Assembly (NCBI GenBank): GCA_036172245.1
Contig: JAYWIR010000016.1
Span: 124,001 to 188,000 of the forward strand
Direction of reading: 5' to 3'
Length of the DNA stretch: 64,000 nucleotides
Origin: Raillietiella orientalis
Lineage: Eukaryota
In this document: piece by piece, positions 1 to 11,037 of the stretch
How the letters are laid out: the number at the start of each line of letters is the position of its first letter
Position numbering within the stretch: the stretch's first letter is position 1
The notes under the pieces: model-generated
Told to the model about the DNA's origin: nothing
Database searches by the model: none
What the model saw: only the letters and a program-made list of their open reading frames with translations
Position numbers and translations under genes: made by a program

Positions 1-3000
1 CTACCGTTTGCACACGGCTCCGCCGCAAAGACGCGCTGCGTGCACGGATCCCTCACACGATTCAGGTGGCACTGAGGAGGGAGGGAAGATGGCAGGGGGG
101 GGGGGGATGAGGAAGAGCGCAGTCCGGCGACAGAACTTCAGCTTGAGCACTGCGACGCCGTCGCGCGCCATCTTTTTGGATTCACCCGCGCAGCACCCGT
201 TCGTAATCGAGACCCCGCCGGTGGCCACGGTGATCGCTCACCAGCGCAGACCTCCCTACCCGAGATGGGGATCCGCACCTGGGTGCTCAGGCTGGTGCGT
301 TTGCTAACCGCGCCTGAGGTGTTCCCGCACGCCTTAACATCCAATGCACCGTGAAGCGGCCTGGAGGCGGCCACCTGACACGCGCGCCGGTGCCGTCTCC
401 TCCAGCCAAGAGCGCGTCCTTCTCCGCGCACTCCATCGCCTTTCGAGCCAGCTACAACCCCTGGAGGCTCTTCCCTTCCGGAACGAAGCTGCTCGCGACC
501 AAGGCGACGCGGCGTCTCCTCGTTGAGGATCTTCCGCGGGCGATAATGGCGAAGGGTCGGGAAACTGCGAGGCTCTGCGCCTGCACTTTTCTCGTTTCCC
601 CGCAAGAATCCCCCGACGCTCTTCCGCTACCATCCAGCGCTCCTCGATGACCGGCGCCGCCTTCGCCCCGTGCGGTGTTCATCACGTATCCCACAGGGAC
701 CAGGAACTCCGATCTGGATCACATCCCGCCGCACCTGCTTAATAGTGGTGCCTCAGGCGTGCGAAGACCGGTGGCGTAGCAGCGGGGAGAGACGGCGTGC
801 GCAAGTTTGGGGGAGCTGGAAACAACTCTTCGTTTCACTTCTTCCCCACCGGCTGCGTGGGAAGCCCACGCGATCCGGAAGCTGTTCTGGTGCTGCGGCC
901 GCTCTGTCTGGCTCCGTCGCGAGGGCTGGCAAACTCGCGGGGTGGATCGATGGAGTCGGTGGTTTCATCGTCGCGGGCAGCTGTGGCGCAGCGCACAGGG
1001 CAAGGCCGTCGGGAAGGCAGAGGAGCGATGGAGGCGCGAGGCGGAAGGACGATACATCGTTAACACTTCTTAGAAGTTCCCTCCATCTGCTCCCGCTTTG
1101 CCCCTTCCGTCTGCTCGGAGACCACCCTACTAAAACTCTTTCCCCATGAGGCTCGAGTCGGTCTCCGCGCCAGCTGAATGGCCCGGTCGGGGAAACACGC
1201 GCACCTATGTCTGCTGGCACCACCATATTCCCAGGATCCAAGAAGAGTAACGGCGATGACCAAAAAGGAAGGAACGCAGCATGCAAACTTTTTCCTAGCG
1301 CTCTCGCAGAGATTGCGGCGCAACTCGCTCGCAAGGAAATAAAAACAGCCGAAAGAGGAAGGCTGCGTTCTTCGTTTCACGGGAAGAGTCAGACAGCATA
1401 CCTATGCACATTTGTTTGTAGGTGTGTGCATTAAGCAAGCAGCCTGCAGGTGTTTTCATGCTGGAGCCTTACCATTTGAAATGCACCGACTGGAGAGTCT
1501 TTGGCATCCGCGCGCAGTCTCGAAATCCCTTCCCAAGACGGACCGGCAATCCTGCTTAATTGCAGTTAATTATGAAACGCGTCTCAGATATGACACATGC
1601 ATAGCATGAGAAAGCAGCTGAGACAGGAAGGATCCATCCTTCAATTTTCATCAAAACGTATTCTTCGCGTTATGAATTGCTGACTAATCGAGACATTAGC
1701 ACATGGAGAAGAGCGGCCATATCAAAGGGCTGTAAAGACGAGGTTTACATCGGAAAAAAAAAAAAAAAAGAACGGTAGTGCTGATGCTAAACACATTAAA
1801 TCGATCACCCATGAAGAAATTATAAATTCTTCTTGTAAATGCAAATAAGTATCTTCATATTACCTACGGCTCTGCACCGTGCTCCTGCGGGAACGGAAAG
1901 ACGTAGGAAACAAAAAAAGAAACTCATTCCTCTGTAATTAGACCGAGGCACCCCGGACTTTGAAACACGGAAAAGCTTCCTGCTGCAAGGTGGGTTTGCT
2001 TTCGCAGGATCGCAGTACGAAGAACAGCTTTCAGGTCACAGGTCGATTCACGGATGGTTCGGAACTGCCTGACCTTTGCGATAACAAGGAGATCACAGAG
2101 TGCTGGCAAAAGAGACGCAGCGGTGGCAGCGCGAAGCAACGGAACAGCCGAGGCGACCTCGACGCGAACGGAGGTAACGAAGGAAGAAAGCAAATGAATA
2201 AGGGGCAGAGGGAGAAAGAGAAGAAGATGAGAAGGACCTCGTGTTTGAGGATCAACCGGCACTTGCGTTACCAACCGGGCCAAACAGAAACCCCTGTTAT
2301 CTTCCCTTCGTGGATTCGAGGCGGTTCAAGGGGACGCAGTATCCTGACGAGGGAGCTCCAAGGAGGGATCCGCTCTTTGATGGAAGCGACAGGCGGCTTA
2401 ACGAATTGGAAGCGCCCAGAGAATGCAAAAATTAACGCCTCTCGTGGCCACTTATGTAAAGCAGCCTCCGATCTCGAGAAATCAACAGCGAGCCGCGTGT
2501 TCACATCCGCTTTGCCAGGTTCCTTCCGGAGGCGCTTTTCTTCGGTCGAAACACGGAGCGGCTGTTGCTCCCTGGCTGTTCCTTCTCGCGAAGGCGGGAG
2601 GGAACCTTCGCTGTCACCGGGACGCCCTTGGGCAGCGCTCACTTCTTACAGTAAACATGCAAATAAAAGCAGTGGCAGGACTCCCGGTCGCACCGCGTGC
2701 AGGTTCGCTCGGAAAACACGCCGAGACGTCGGCACTTTGACCGACGAGGTCCGCCCCCGAGGCACAGGGGAGAAGGGGGGTGGGGGAATAAAAACAAAAA
2801 GGAAAGCAAAATAAAAATAAATAAATAAGTATGAAAAGCTTCAGGAAGGGGGGGAGGGGGGAAGGGATCACTCTCTGCTTTTCGGCGTACTCTGCATCCT
2901 TTCAAGGATGCCGGCAAGTTCCTCCTGTAAACTTTCCAGGTGGGGCCGTCTTGCTGAGATGTGCAAGCGAATGGCGAAGTGGGTGGCGTCCCCTCTTTGC

Positions 3001-6000
3001 TGGCCTCTTTCGGCGGCGCCCCAGACCCACACGACGAAGGCAGCAAAGAGCCGCTGGCGATGCGACTGGCAGCAGTGCACCCCTCACGAAGAGGCGCTTG
3101 AAAACCGAGCTCTCGGGTCGTCTTCCGCGATCCGGAGGGTCGTCGCGAAACTTTTCCGAAGGGGGCGGAGGGCAGAACGCCGGTCCACGAGCAGCCTGCG
3201 GGAAGGACTCGGTTTACCCTCACTTGATTCCGGTCCACGCCGACCACGGTTTTGCTTACGCCGGCGGGCGTTGCACGGGAGACCCCAAATGCAGCGTACG
3301 AGCAGTGCCGGTTGATGCCGAGGGAAGAAGGGCGGACGCCTCCCTGAGCGCCGCGGGCGGCACCGAATCTTCGGGGGGAATCCTCAGGGCTCCGAGAGAC
3401 CTGGAGGATCCGTTCTTTTGGTGGGGCACCCGGGGTGATGGCAGAGCTGGCCCGCTGTCCACCCACCGAGCTGTTTCCTCCCTGCAAGCGATTTCGCAAG
3501 AAGTGGGAGCTTTCGATGGCGCCGCTTCTTGCGAAAGCTTCTTCAGCAACTTCTCCGGCGCGTCGCTGCCAACGTGAGCCAAGTGCGCGCTTTGGCCGCT
3601 GCCTGGTCCAGACCGCACATCCTCCTTGGATAGATTGCCAATCGCTTCCCTTTCCAGGCCGCGGTCGACGAAAGCGCCCGGTGACGGGGGGAGGGAGGGG
3701 AGACCTAAAGGAGACGAAGAGGGATGATCTGTCATCCTGTCATCCTGTCATCTGCGTTCTGCCTCAGAACACGTGAAGAGAGGGTGAGGGATGATCGTGG
3801 GAGCACCTCCTTCTTTCCCGCGGGAACGGAGCACGCGAAGGGGGGAGGGTGTCTGCAAGGAACGGGCTTTCCGATCGGGCTAGGAGCTGCCCCTCGCGAC
3901 GGGGCCGCCGCCGTCCGGTTGCCGGAAGTTATCGCCAAGAAGGAGACGGCTGCTCTCTTCGCCTGCCTCGCAGCCTCTCTTTCCGGAAGACGGGAATCCG
4001 CTCCCGTCTTGTTGGGTTTCGGGTCCCGGATGTCCGCCGCCGCTCCCGGTGAGCGGGATCACTAGAGGAGGCAGAAAAGGGAGAGGGTGGGGACGGAGGG
4101 GATGGAATTCGGGGAAGCAGCGGAGCTGGAGAAAAGCAAGGCGCGCTGCGTCGGCAGGAGGGAGGCTGGCAGGGCGAGAGTCAGGTCCTGACCCTGATCT
4201 CCCTTCCGCCCGCGGGCTCGCTCAGCTCCCACTCCCAGGAAGCTACGAGGTCGTCCCTTCCTCTCCCTTTCCTCGCCCCGAGGGGCATCCTTCGCATCTC
4301 TGTTCGGAAAACCATCGCCCCGGCTGCCGCCCCCTTTCCTTCCCTCGCTGCTCCCGCGTCCTGTTGCCTCTCCTGCCCTCCTCTCGAATCGAGAGGAGGG
4401 CAGGGGCTCGTGGGGGATCTCATGGATGGTGTCCGAAAGACCCGCGACAGGGCCGAAGGTCTCTCACCTGCCCTAACTGCGCGTCCCGCTAGGCCGGTCC
4501 CAAGGGTCCAGGAGGCCAGGGATACAGCAGGGGCCGGTCGCACCCGATGGGCTCGAGGCCGCCCTTGCTTGCGGCCGCAATGCACCTCTCCCGGGAATCG
4601 CGGCGAGACGAAAACGCCGGGACGTCCCGGGGCGGAAGATTTCTTTCCCTTCCCTCCCCCTACCCCTTCCCGAATGTTTCTCCTTTCCCTCCGAAGCCAC
4701 GTTTCCGGGGCTCGGGGGTGCACGAAGGAGCTGAGACCGGAGCCTCGAAAGAACTCCGGGAAGGGAGGGAAGGTTGGTTGCCATGGCGACGCCCTCCGGA
4801 GCAATCCGATCCTCTCACGTAGGTCGGTGACGCCGGACGCAGCTCCCGGCCGGTGAAGGGAGGCGACTCGGAGGCAGGGGACGGGGTGCGGGAAAGAGGG
4901 TGTCTCAATGCAAGCGACTCCCTCACGAAGCGGGAGGCCAAGGAAGCCCCTGAAGCATCCTTCTGGAGGCGCCGCCTCTCCCAAGGGATGCTGCGCACCC
5001 AACGCGATGGAGACCCCCTTTTTTTATCGTCGTTTCTTTTTGTTTCCTGGATGGGGCGGGCTGAGGATCCCTCAAGCAGGAGGGGGCGTTCCCTGAGGAG
5101 GACGAGGAGCCCGGAATCCCGTGGCGCGAGGAGACGGAGGCGTCCTGAGGCTCCTGCTCAGAGGGCACAGGGGTAGGGAGCGGACCGTGGATGGGTGAAG
5201 ACCCGATGTCCCCTGGCTGGAAGGAAGGGAGACGGAGGCGGGAGGGAAAGGCGGCCCAGCTCCCTCGCACCACTCAACAAGAGGTCGACGAGCGCCCCCG
5301 GGCTCCCGGCCGACCCCTGGGAGGGAGGGTGCGTGCTCGCTGCTGCCGTGCCTGCTGATTCGGGGCGCGAGGGAGGCTATCTGCGGGCCGCAAGGGCTCC
5401 TTTGCCCCTGCGCATCCTCGGACCAGGACATGGGTCAGGCACCCTCCAGCCTATTCGACGGGGAGCGCGTGCGAGGGAGAGGGGGCCAAATTTCGGCCCA
5501 CGTTTTCGCAGGGAGAGGCGGGCGTTGCTCCGGACCGATCGTTTCGGGAACGAAGGGAGGAGGACGAGGTGTCCTTTGCTCCCTGGAGGCATCCTAAGAA
5601 TCTCAGACCCGTCTCTCCCCCGCGGACGACGGTGATTGGCGGTCTCGCCCGTGTCTGGCTCAGGCCCACCTATTTCCTCGCTCCTTGCTCCCTCCCTGGA
5701 GTCTCGGCATGCCGGGGTTCGGGTCCGCACGGCCTCTCGGCGCATTTGGCGACGGAAGGGGAGCAGGCCCGTGGCGTCCGGGAAGCAGGAGAGGCCAAGG
5801 TGTGCGAGCCTGGCTTTGCAGAAACCCCGTCGGCCGCCGGGGAAACCGCATCTCCCGGTGCAGAGGGGAAAGGGCGGAGGCGACGCGAGCGCACCCGGTG
5901 ATGCCGGCGCCCGAAAAATCGGGACGAAACGGGGTCAGGTCGTCGCCGATGACTGCATTATTACTTTTTTTTTGGCTCGGCTTTTCTTCGCGTTCCTCCC

Positions 6001-8140
6001 TCCCGTCCCCCCTCCTCGGTTGGCTGCTTTCCATTCGTGAATTTTGGGGCCGAAGTTCTTCTGCCCTGCTTCCCTTCCCTTCCCTCTCGCCTCCTCGCGG
6101 CGCGAGCAGAGGGAAGGGTAACCGCTCGACACCGACCTCGCGCGTCGGCAAGTAAGGAATGAGCGCCTTTTCCCTTTAGAGGGAAGAGGGGGAGGAAACG
6201 CGAGCGGTTGCATTTGGGGGAAGAAGGAGGGGGGGGGGGGGAAGAGGGTGCCGACGCGGTTCCGGGTGAGCGACATCTCGCTTCCCTGTTCCGCAGAGCG
6301 GTGCTCGATCTGGAGAGAGACTTGCCGGGAATTTCCTCCCCTACTCGGACGGAGCGGGAACCCCCTCCCCGGCTTGCAGCTCGCGAGCGCGCAAGCAGGG
6401 GAAACACCGAGGGGAAGGGGGCGGGCACGGGAGAAAACGTGAACAACAACAACAAAAAAAAAAACCCGTTCGCCGCTGCTCTCACGTTAAACGCGGGGGC
6501 AAGCAAACCCGACATTCGCAGGACTTCAACCCGTGGCGACACTTTCTTCCTCCTCTCTCTCTCTCTCTCTCCCTTTTTAACGGCTGACTGCGATGAGGCG
6601 CAAGGATCACCGTTCTTCGCCCCTACGCGAAACGTCTCCATCGCAACCGCGAAATAATGGCGCTCGCGCCCTCGCGCACGCGCAGCTCGCTCGCCTGTTC
6701 GCGCTGGAGTAGCAGAGGCTTTCGATTCCTAGCAACGGAATTATGGGTCGGAGGGAGGGGGGGGGGGGAAGGACCGGGCCGCGCGTAAGCGTGGCCGCAT
6801 ACGCGTTTTGTCACTGCGACCCGCAAATCAAACAGGGGGAAAAAAAAAAACAAAAAACAAAACAAAACAAAAAAAAAAAAACCATCCTGTTTTGCACGAT
6901 TGAATGCTTAGCGTTTCACTCACGTGGATATTTCGCGCCGGGCTGGGGGGGGGGGGGTGAAGAACGAACGAGAAATAAGCAAAACAGACCCCCTCCTCTC
7001 TCCCTCAAAAAAAGAAAGAAAGAAAAGAAAAAGGACCATCTTATAAAATACGATTTTCAAATGCATTCTGGCACTGACGATCTCTTAAACAGGGATTTCA
7101 GCCATAATTCGATTCGGGAGTTCCGGACGGAATTTATAGCGGCAAACACGCGTAAATTCAATCCAGAGGCAGAGGCACTCCTGTTTTGGGAAGGGCTGCG
7201 CGCCTCCAGGCAACGTGCAAGAAGGCCGTCGACAGCTTTCGCTGGAGAGGCGCTCTTCTCCTCCGATCACCCGCCATCCGCCCTCCGCCGGTTCCGGGAG
7301 GCGTCCGGCGTGCGCCCTCCCCGCTTCGTGGTCCCTCCCTTCCCCCCCAAGCCGAGGCTCGCCGGCGTGCCTGGGTCCGGGGCGGAGGGCAGGAGGAGCA
7401 GCCCTCCCCGAAAGCTGGCACGATCCCTCGGAGGGAGAGGAGGTGCGCCCAGAGCTCTCCGAGGAGTCGCAGCCACGCGTGGGGACAACAGGGGCTTGGT
7501 CGCGTCGCAGGCGTGCAAGACCCCCCCCCCGCCCCGGAGCCTCCGCCCCTGCTCACTCGCCCTCGAAGCTGTTTGTCCTGCGGGAGCTGCGGACCGAACG
7601 CCTGCCTGCTCAGAATAACCTGTAAACACGTGTAAATAAAAAAGGAAACACGGCAACCCTGCTGTCTGTGCACCAGGGAAAGGGGGGAGGGGGAATTGCT
7701 TGCATTTCTTTTTTTTTCCCCCCTGCTCTCCTGCGTTTCGATTATCATTTACATCGTAATTACCATTCTATTTTTGGAGTGTCATGCGATCGTTCCACCG
7801 TGCGATCCTTGCAAATCCTTTCTTTCTTTCTTTCTGGTTGCTGTTCTTTTCGGGCCATCCGACTGAATCGCTGCGCCGATTCTTTTTCTTTCTTTCTTTT
7901 TGGCTCTTTCCGGAACTCGCACTCCTGGAGTCCAGCGGCGGGAACGGCCGCACGCCCAACGGGAAATCTTGGAAAAAGGAAGAGAGGAAAAAGGAAAGGA
8001 AGACGAAGGGCCCGCCGTGCTGGTCCTCCCTCCCGAGCGCCCGGATTCGAGACGGGGCGGGGGGGAGCAGGCGTTGCTCGCAGAGATCGTTCGCCAGGAA
8101 CGGCGCGGATCCGGGACCCCATCGACCTTCGAGGCGAAGC

Positions 8141-8186
8141 GAGCTGGGATGAGCCGAAGAGAGAGGTCTTCGGCTCATCCCAGCTC
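8141..8186. repeat. Perfect 20-bp inverted repeat with a 6-nt loop
   Basis: GAGCTGGGATGAGCCGAAGA-gagagg-TCTTCGGCTCATCCCAGCTC. Confidence 0.95.
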
Positions 8187-8407
8187 AGACGCGCGCGCGC
8201 ACTTCTGGTTGGAGGAGGGGCGCTCGTCCTTCCGGTGCGCCCTGCTCCTGCGTAGAGGAACGTGCGCGCCTGGTGCGCCAAACTCGACGGCGTGCGTAAC
8301 TTCGGCTGCTCCTTTCGCAAACGCCGCTTTGGTTTCCGGCGTTCCCGTAACTTCTTCTCCCGTGCTTTCCATTACCGGAGGAGAGAGGAGTAGAGCGAGC
8401 GAGCGCT

Positions 8408-8465
8408 CGCGCGCGCGCGCGCGCGAGAGAGAGAGAGACAGAGAGAGAGAGATGATGATGATGAT
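8408..8465. repeat. Compound (CG)n-(GA)n-(GAT)n microsatellite
   Basis: cgcgcgcgcgcgcgcgcg followed by GA repeats and gatgatgatgatgat. Confidence 0.85.
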
Positions 8466-8856
8466 CGAGTAGCGGCATTTTTCGCACGCGGAAACGAACG
8501 TTTTCCTGCCGCATCGCGCGGCGGACGAAACCTCATCTGACATCAATCACCTCGTGAGTGTGGAAACGCGTTATTCTGCCATTGCTGATGAGCTGGTGAA
8601 AATCCCACCCCATCCTCCTCCTCCTCCCCTACCTGCAAGAGGGGGGGAGGGGGAAGGTTGTAAAATCGCACGCCGCGCCCCGCGTTGCAGCGGAAGTTCC
8701 CTGCTTGCTCCCCCTTTTTATTTTTTCCTTCCCACCGAAGTGAGAAAGCGCTCTTCCTCTCTCCTCCGGGAAGCGCCGCCGCCGCCACCACCGTCAGCAA
8801 GAGGGGAGGGGCGTCCCCCACGTGCGTGAGCAGCTTTCCTCCCTCCTTTGGCGACC

Positions 8857-8975
8857 GCCGAAGAAGCGCCGCAGACGAGGTCTTCGCTTGCCCTCCCGAA
8901 GGCCCTCCGTCCCCCTGCTCGCCGGCGTTCTGAGCCCCATCGGCGTGGCCGAAGAAGCGCCGCAGACGAGGTCTT
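8857..8975 (+). repeat. 28-nt exact direct repeat, 2 copies
   Basis: GCCGAAGAAGCGCCGCAGACGAGGTCTT at 8857-8884 and 8948-8975. Confidence 0.9.
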
Positions 8976-9164
8976 GGACGTCTGCTGGTTCCCCGGCCCG
9001 GTTTCCTTCGCCCCCCCCCCCCCCCCCCCCGAACGCTCTCTGACCCCCTCTTCGCTGGCGGGATGAGCGCCACCGGCGTGGTGGCGAGTTCCGAACGGGG
9101 GGAGAGCAGCTGCGCCTTACCAGGCAACGTGTGGGCGCGTAAACAAAAGATGCGCGCCGCGAAC

Positions 9165-9445
9165 CCACACGACGACGTACGCGCACGCATGCATAATATA
9201 CACGTACATAATGGACGTACGAGAGTATACACAAAACGAGCATCATGAACATACGTGGAACGGTGCACGCATAGCGCGTGTACGCATTCCTGTGTACGCA
9301 TAGTGGACATGTGTACGTGCATCCTGAGCATGCGCACGCACCGAATTCGAAAGAAACGTACGCGTGTACACACGGAACACGCAAAGGCCCGCATTCGGGA
9401 TTTGCGTAGATATGCATACATACATATGCATGGATATGTGTGTGT
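9165..9445. repeat. Degenerate alternating purine-pyrimidine tract (CA/TG/CG/TA)
   Basis: For example cgtacgcgcacgcatgcata, gcgcgtgtacgca, cgtacgcgtgtacacacg, tatgcatacatacatatgcatg. Confidence 0.75.
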
Positions 9446-10247
9446 TTCCCTCACGGTAACGCCGGACGTAGGAAGCGGCGTCGCATCAATCTCGGGTTGC
9501 CATCTCTTTTAGGCAGAACCCTCCACGGAGGGTTGCCATGGGGCACACTTTCCGGAATCTTTCGCATTCATTCCAGCTAATGTATCATCCCAGCAATAAT
9601 TCTTCCTGCGTCGGAGCGCAGGGCATCTTTGACGTCTTCATCTGGGCTTTTTTTTTTTTTTTTTTCCTTTTCTTTCTTTCTTTTTTTCTTCGCGCTCCAG
9701 GGATTGATGATCCGGTCCGTGGGGGACACCTCGCTTTATCCGGAGGCCGGGCGCCGCCGCCGCCGCCGCGCAGAGAGACGGAACACACCTGCGCCGTCGG
9801 CGCGCCTGGCGCGCGGCGACCGCTCGCGCGCAGCTGGTGCTCCGCGCGCGCGCCCCCTCCACAAGCCGCGGCGGCGTCCTTCGCAGTCTCCGATCTTCGA
9901 AGCTTCCCCCGCAGATGTCACACCGAGCGCGCGCGCTCCCCCCTCCCCCCTCCCCCCCGTCCGTCCGTCCCGCGGATGCGGTAGGCCTCTCCCGCGCGCT
10001 CTTTGCCGTCGCGGGAAGCGCCTTTGATCCGGTGCCAGGGTTGGCGGGTAGAGAGAGGGAAGGGGGAGGGCAGAAGAGGGATCCCCCGCGAGCGCCCCCC
10101 CTCCCTCTTCCGCTTCCTCCGCGGACCAGCGGGGCACGAATTGCTCTCCCCCTCATCGGTAGGAGGCCGCCGCCCCGAGGGGGCCCCCTCGAATTCCGCG
10201 TCCTCGACTGTCCCCTCATCCAAGCGTGCAGCAGTACTACTTCGGTT

Positions 10248-10300
10248 GCTGCTGCTGCTGCTGCTGCTCCAGGAGGAGGAGGAGGAGGAGGAGGAGGAGG
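10248..10300 (+). repeat. Compound (GCT)7 / (AGG)10 microsatellite
   Basis: Read directly. Confidence 0.9.
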
Positions 10301-10473
10301 AGAGGCCTCCGTCAAGTTGCCATCTTCTTGTGAGGTCTGTGCTCGGCTGAAAAGAGGGGGGGGGGGGGAGGAAGGAAAAAAAAAAAAAGAATGAGAAAAG
10401 GAAGAAAAAAAAAAAAAAAAAAAAAAAGGAAAAAATGCCTGCCTTTTTCCAGTTGGCGCCTGGGTCGCGGCAG

Positions 10474-10579
10474 CCAATGGCTGGTTTATATTTAGCCGGG
10501 GGAACGCGAGCGGGGGCGGGGCTTGCGCGCCGTGAGGCAAGAGAATACGCTCACCTCGCCGAGAGGGGCGCGTTCATTC
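10474..10579 (+). promoter_or_regulatory. Candidate ptc core promoter
   Basis: CCAAT at 10474-10478, AT-rich TTTATATTTA at 10485-10494, GC box GGGGCGGGGC at 10513-10522 and TCATTC (TCAKTY Inr) at 10574-10579, about 460 nt upstream of the ptc ATG. Motif match only. Confidence 0.4.
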
Positions 10580-10881
10580 CGCAGCTGGATGCGTAGCCGG
10601 TGTGAGCGGAGGCAGTGCGCGTGCGCGAGGAGCTTTCATGCAATGTGGCGCCGCCGCCGCGCGCTTGCGTAGTGTGCGTTCGGTGCGCGCGCGGATCTCT
10701 CTCCCGCGCGGGTTTTTGAACTCCTTGAGACGGATCGCGGCAGCATGCGGAGGCAGCGCTCCGCTCCTTCCTCTGTCTGTGTTCCCTCTGCTGCAACCGC
10801 CCCGCCACCTTCGCCTCCTCCTCTCCTCCCTCCCCGCGTTGCTGTGACCGACATGACGGTGGCGAGCAAGACGGCCGCCAA

Positions 10882-10920
<39 letters not shown>
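10882..10920 (+). repeat. (GAC)13 trinucleotide repeat upstream of the ptc ATG
   Basis: Read directly. An imperfect continuation runs to ~11004. Confidence 0.95.
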
Positions 10921-10923
<3 letters not shown>

Positions 10924-11037
10924 CAAGAAGGAGAAGAAGACGAGGACGGCGACCGCGACGAAGATCCTCATCTCCGCGACGACGACGACGAAGACGATGA
11001 CGACGGCGCTTTCCCTGTTCCCGAGCCGCCGGACACA

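Noticed and set aside
8857..8975. CRISPR-like repeat-spacer-repeat
   Set aside because: Only two copies, a 63-nt spacer, eukaryotic context and no cas genes.
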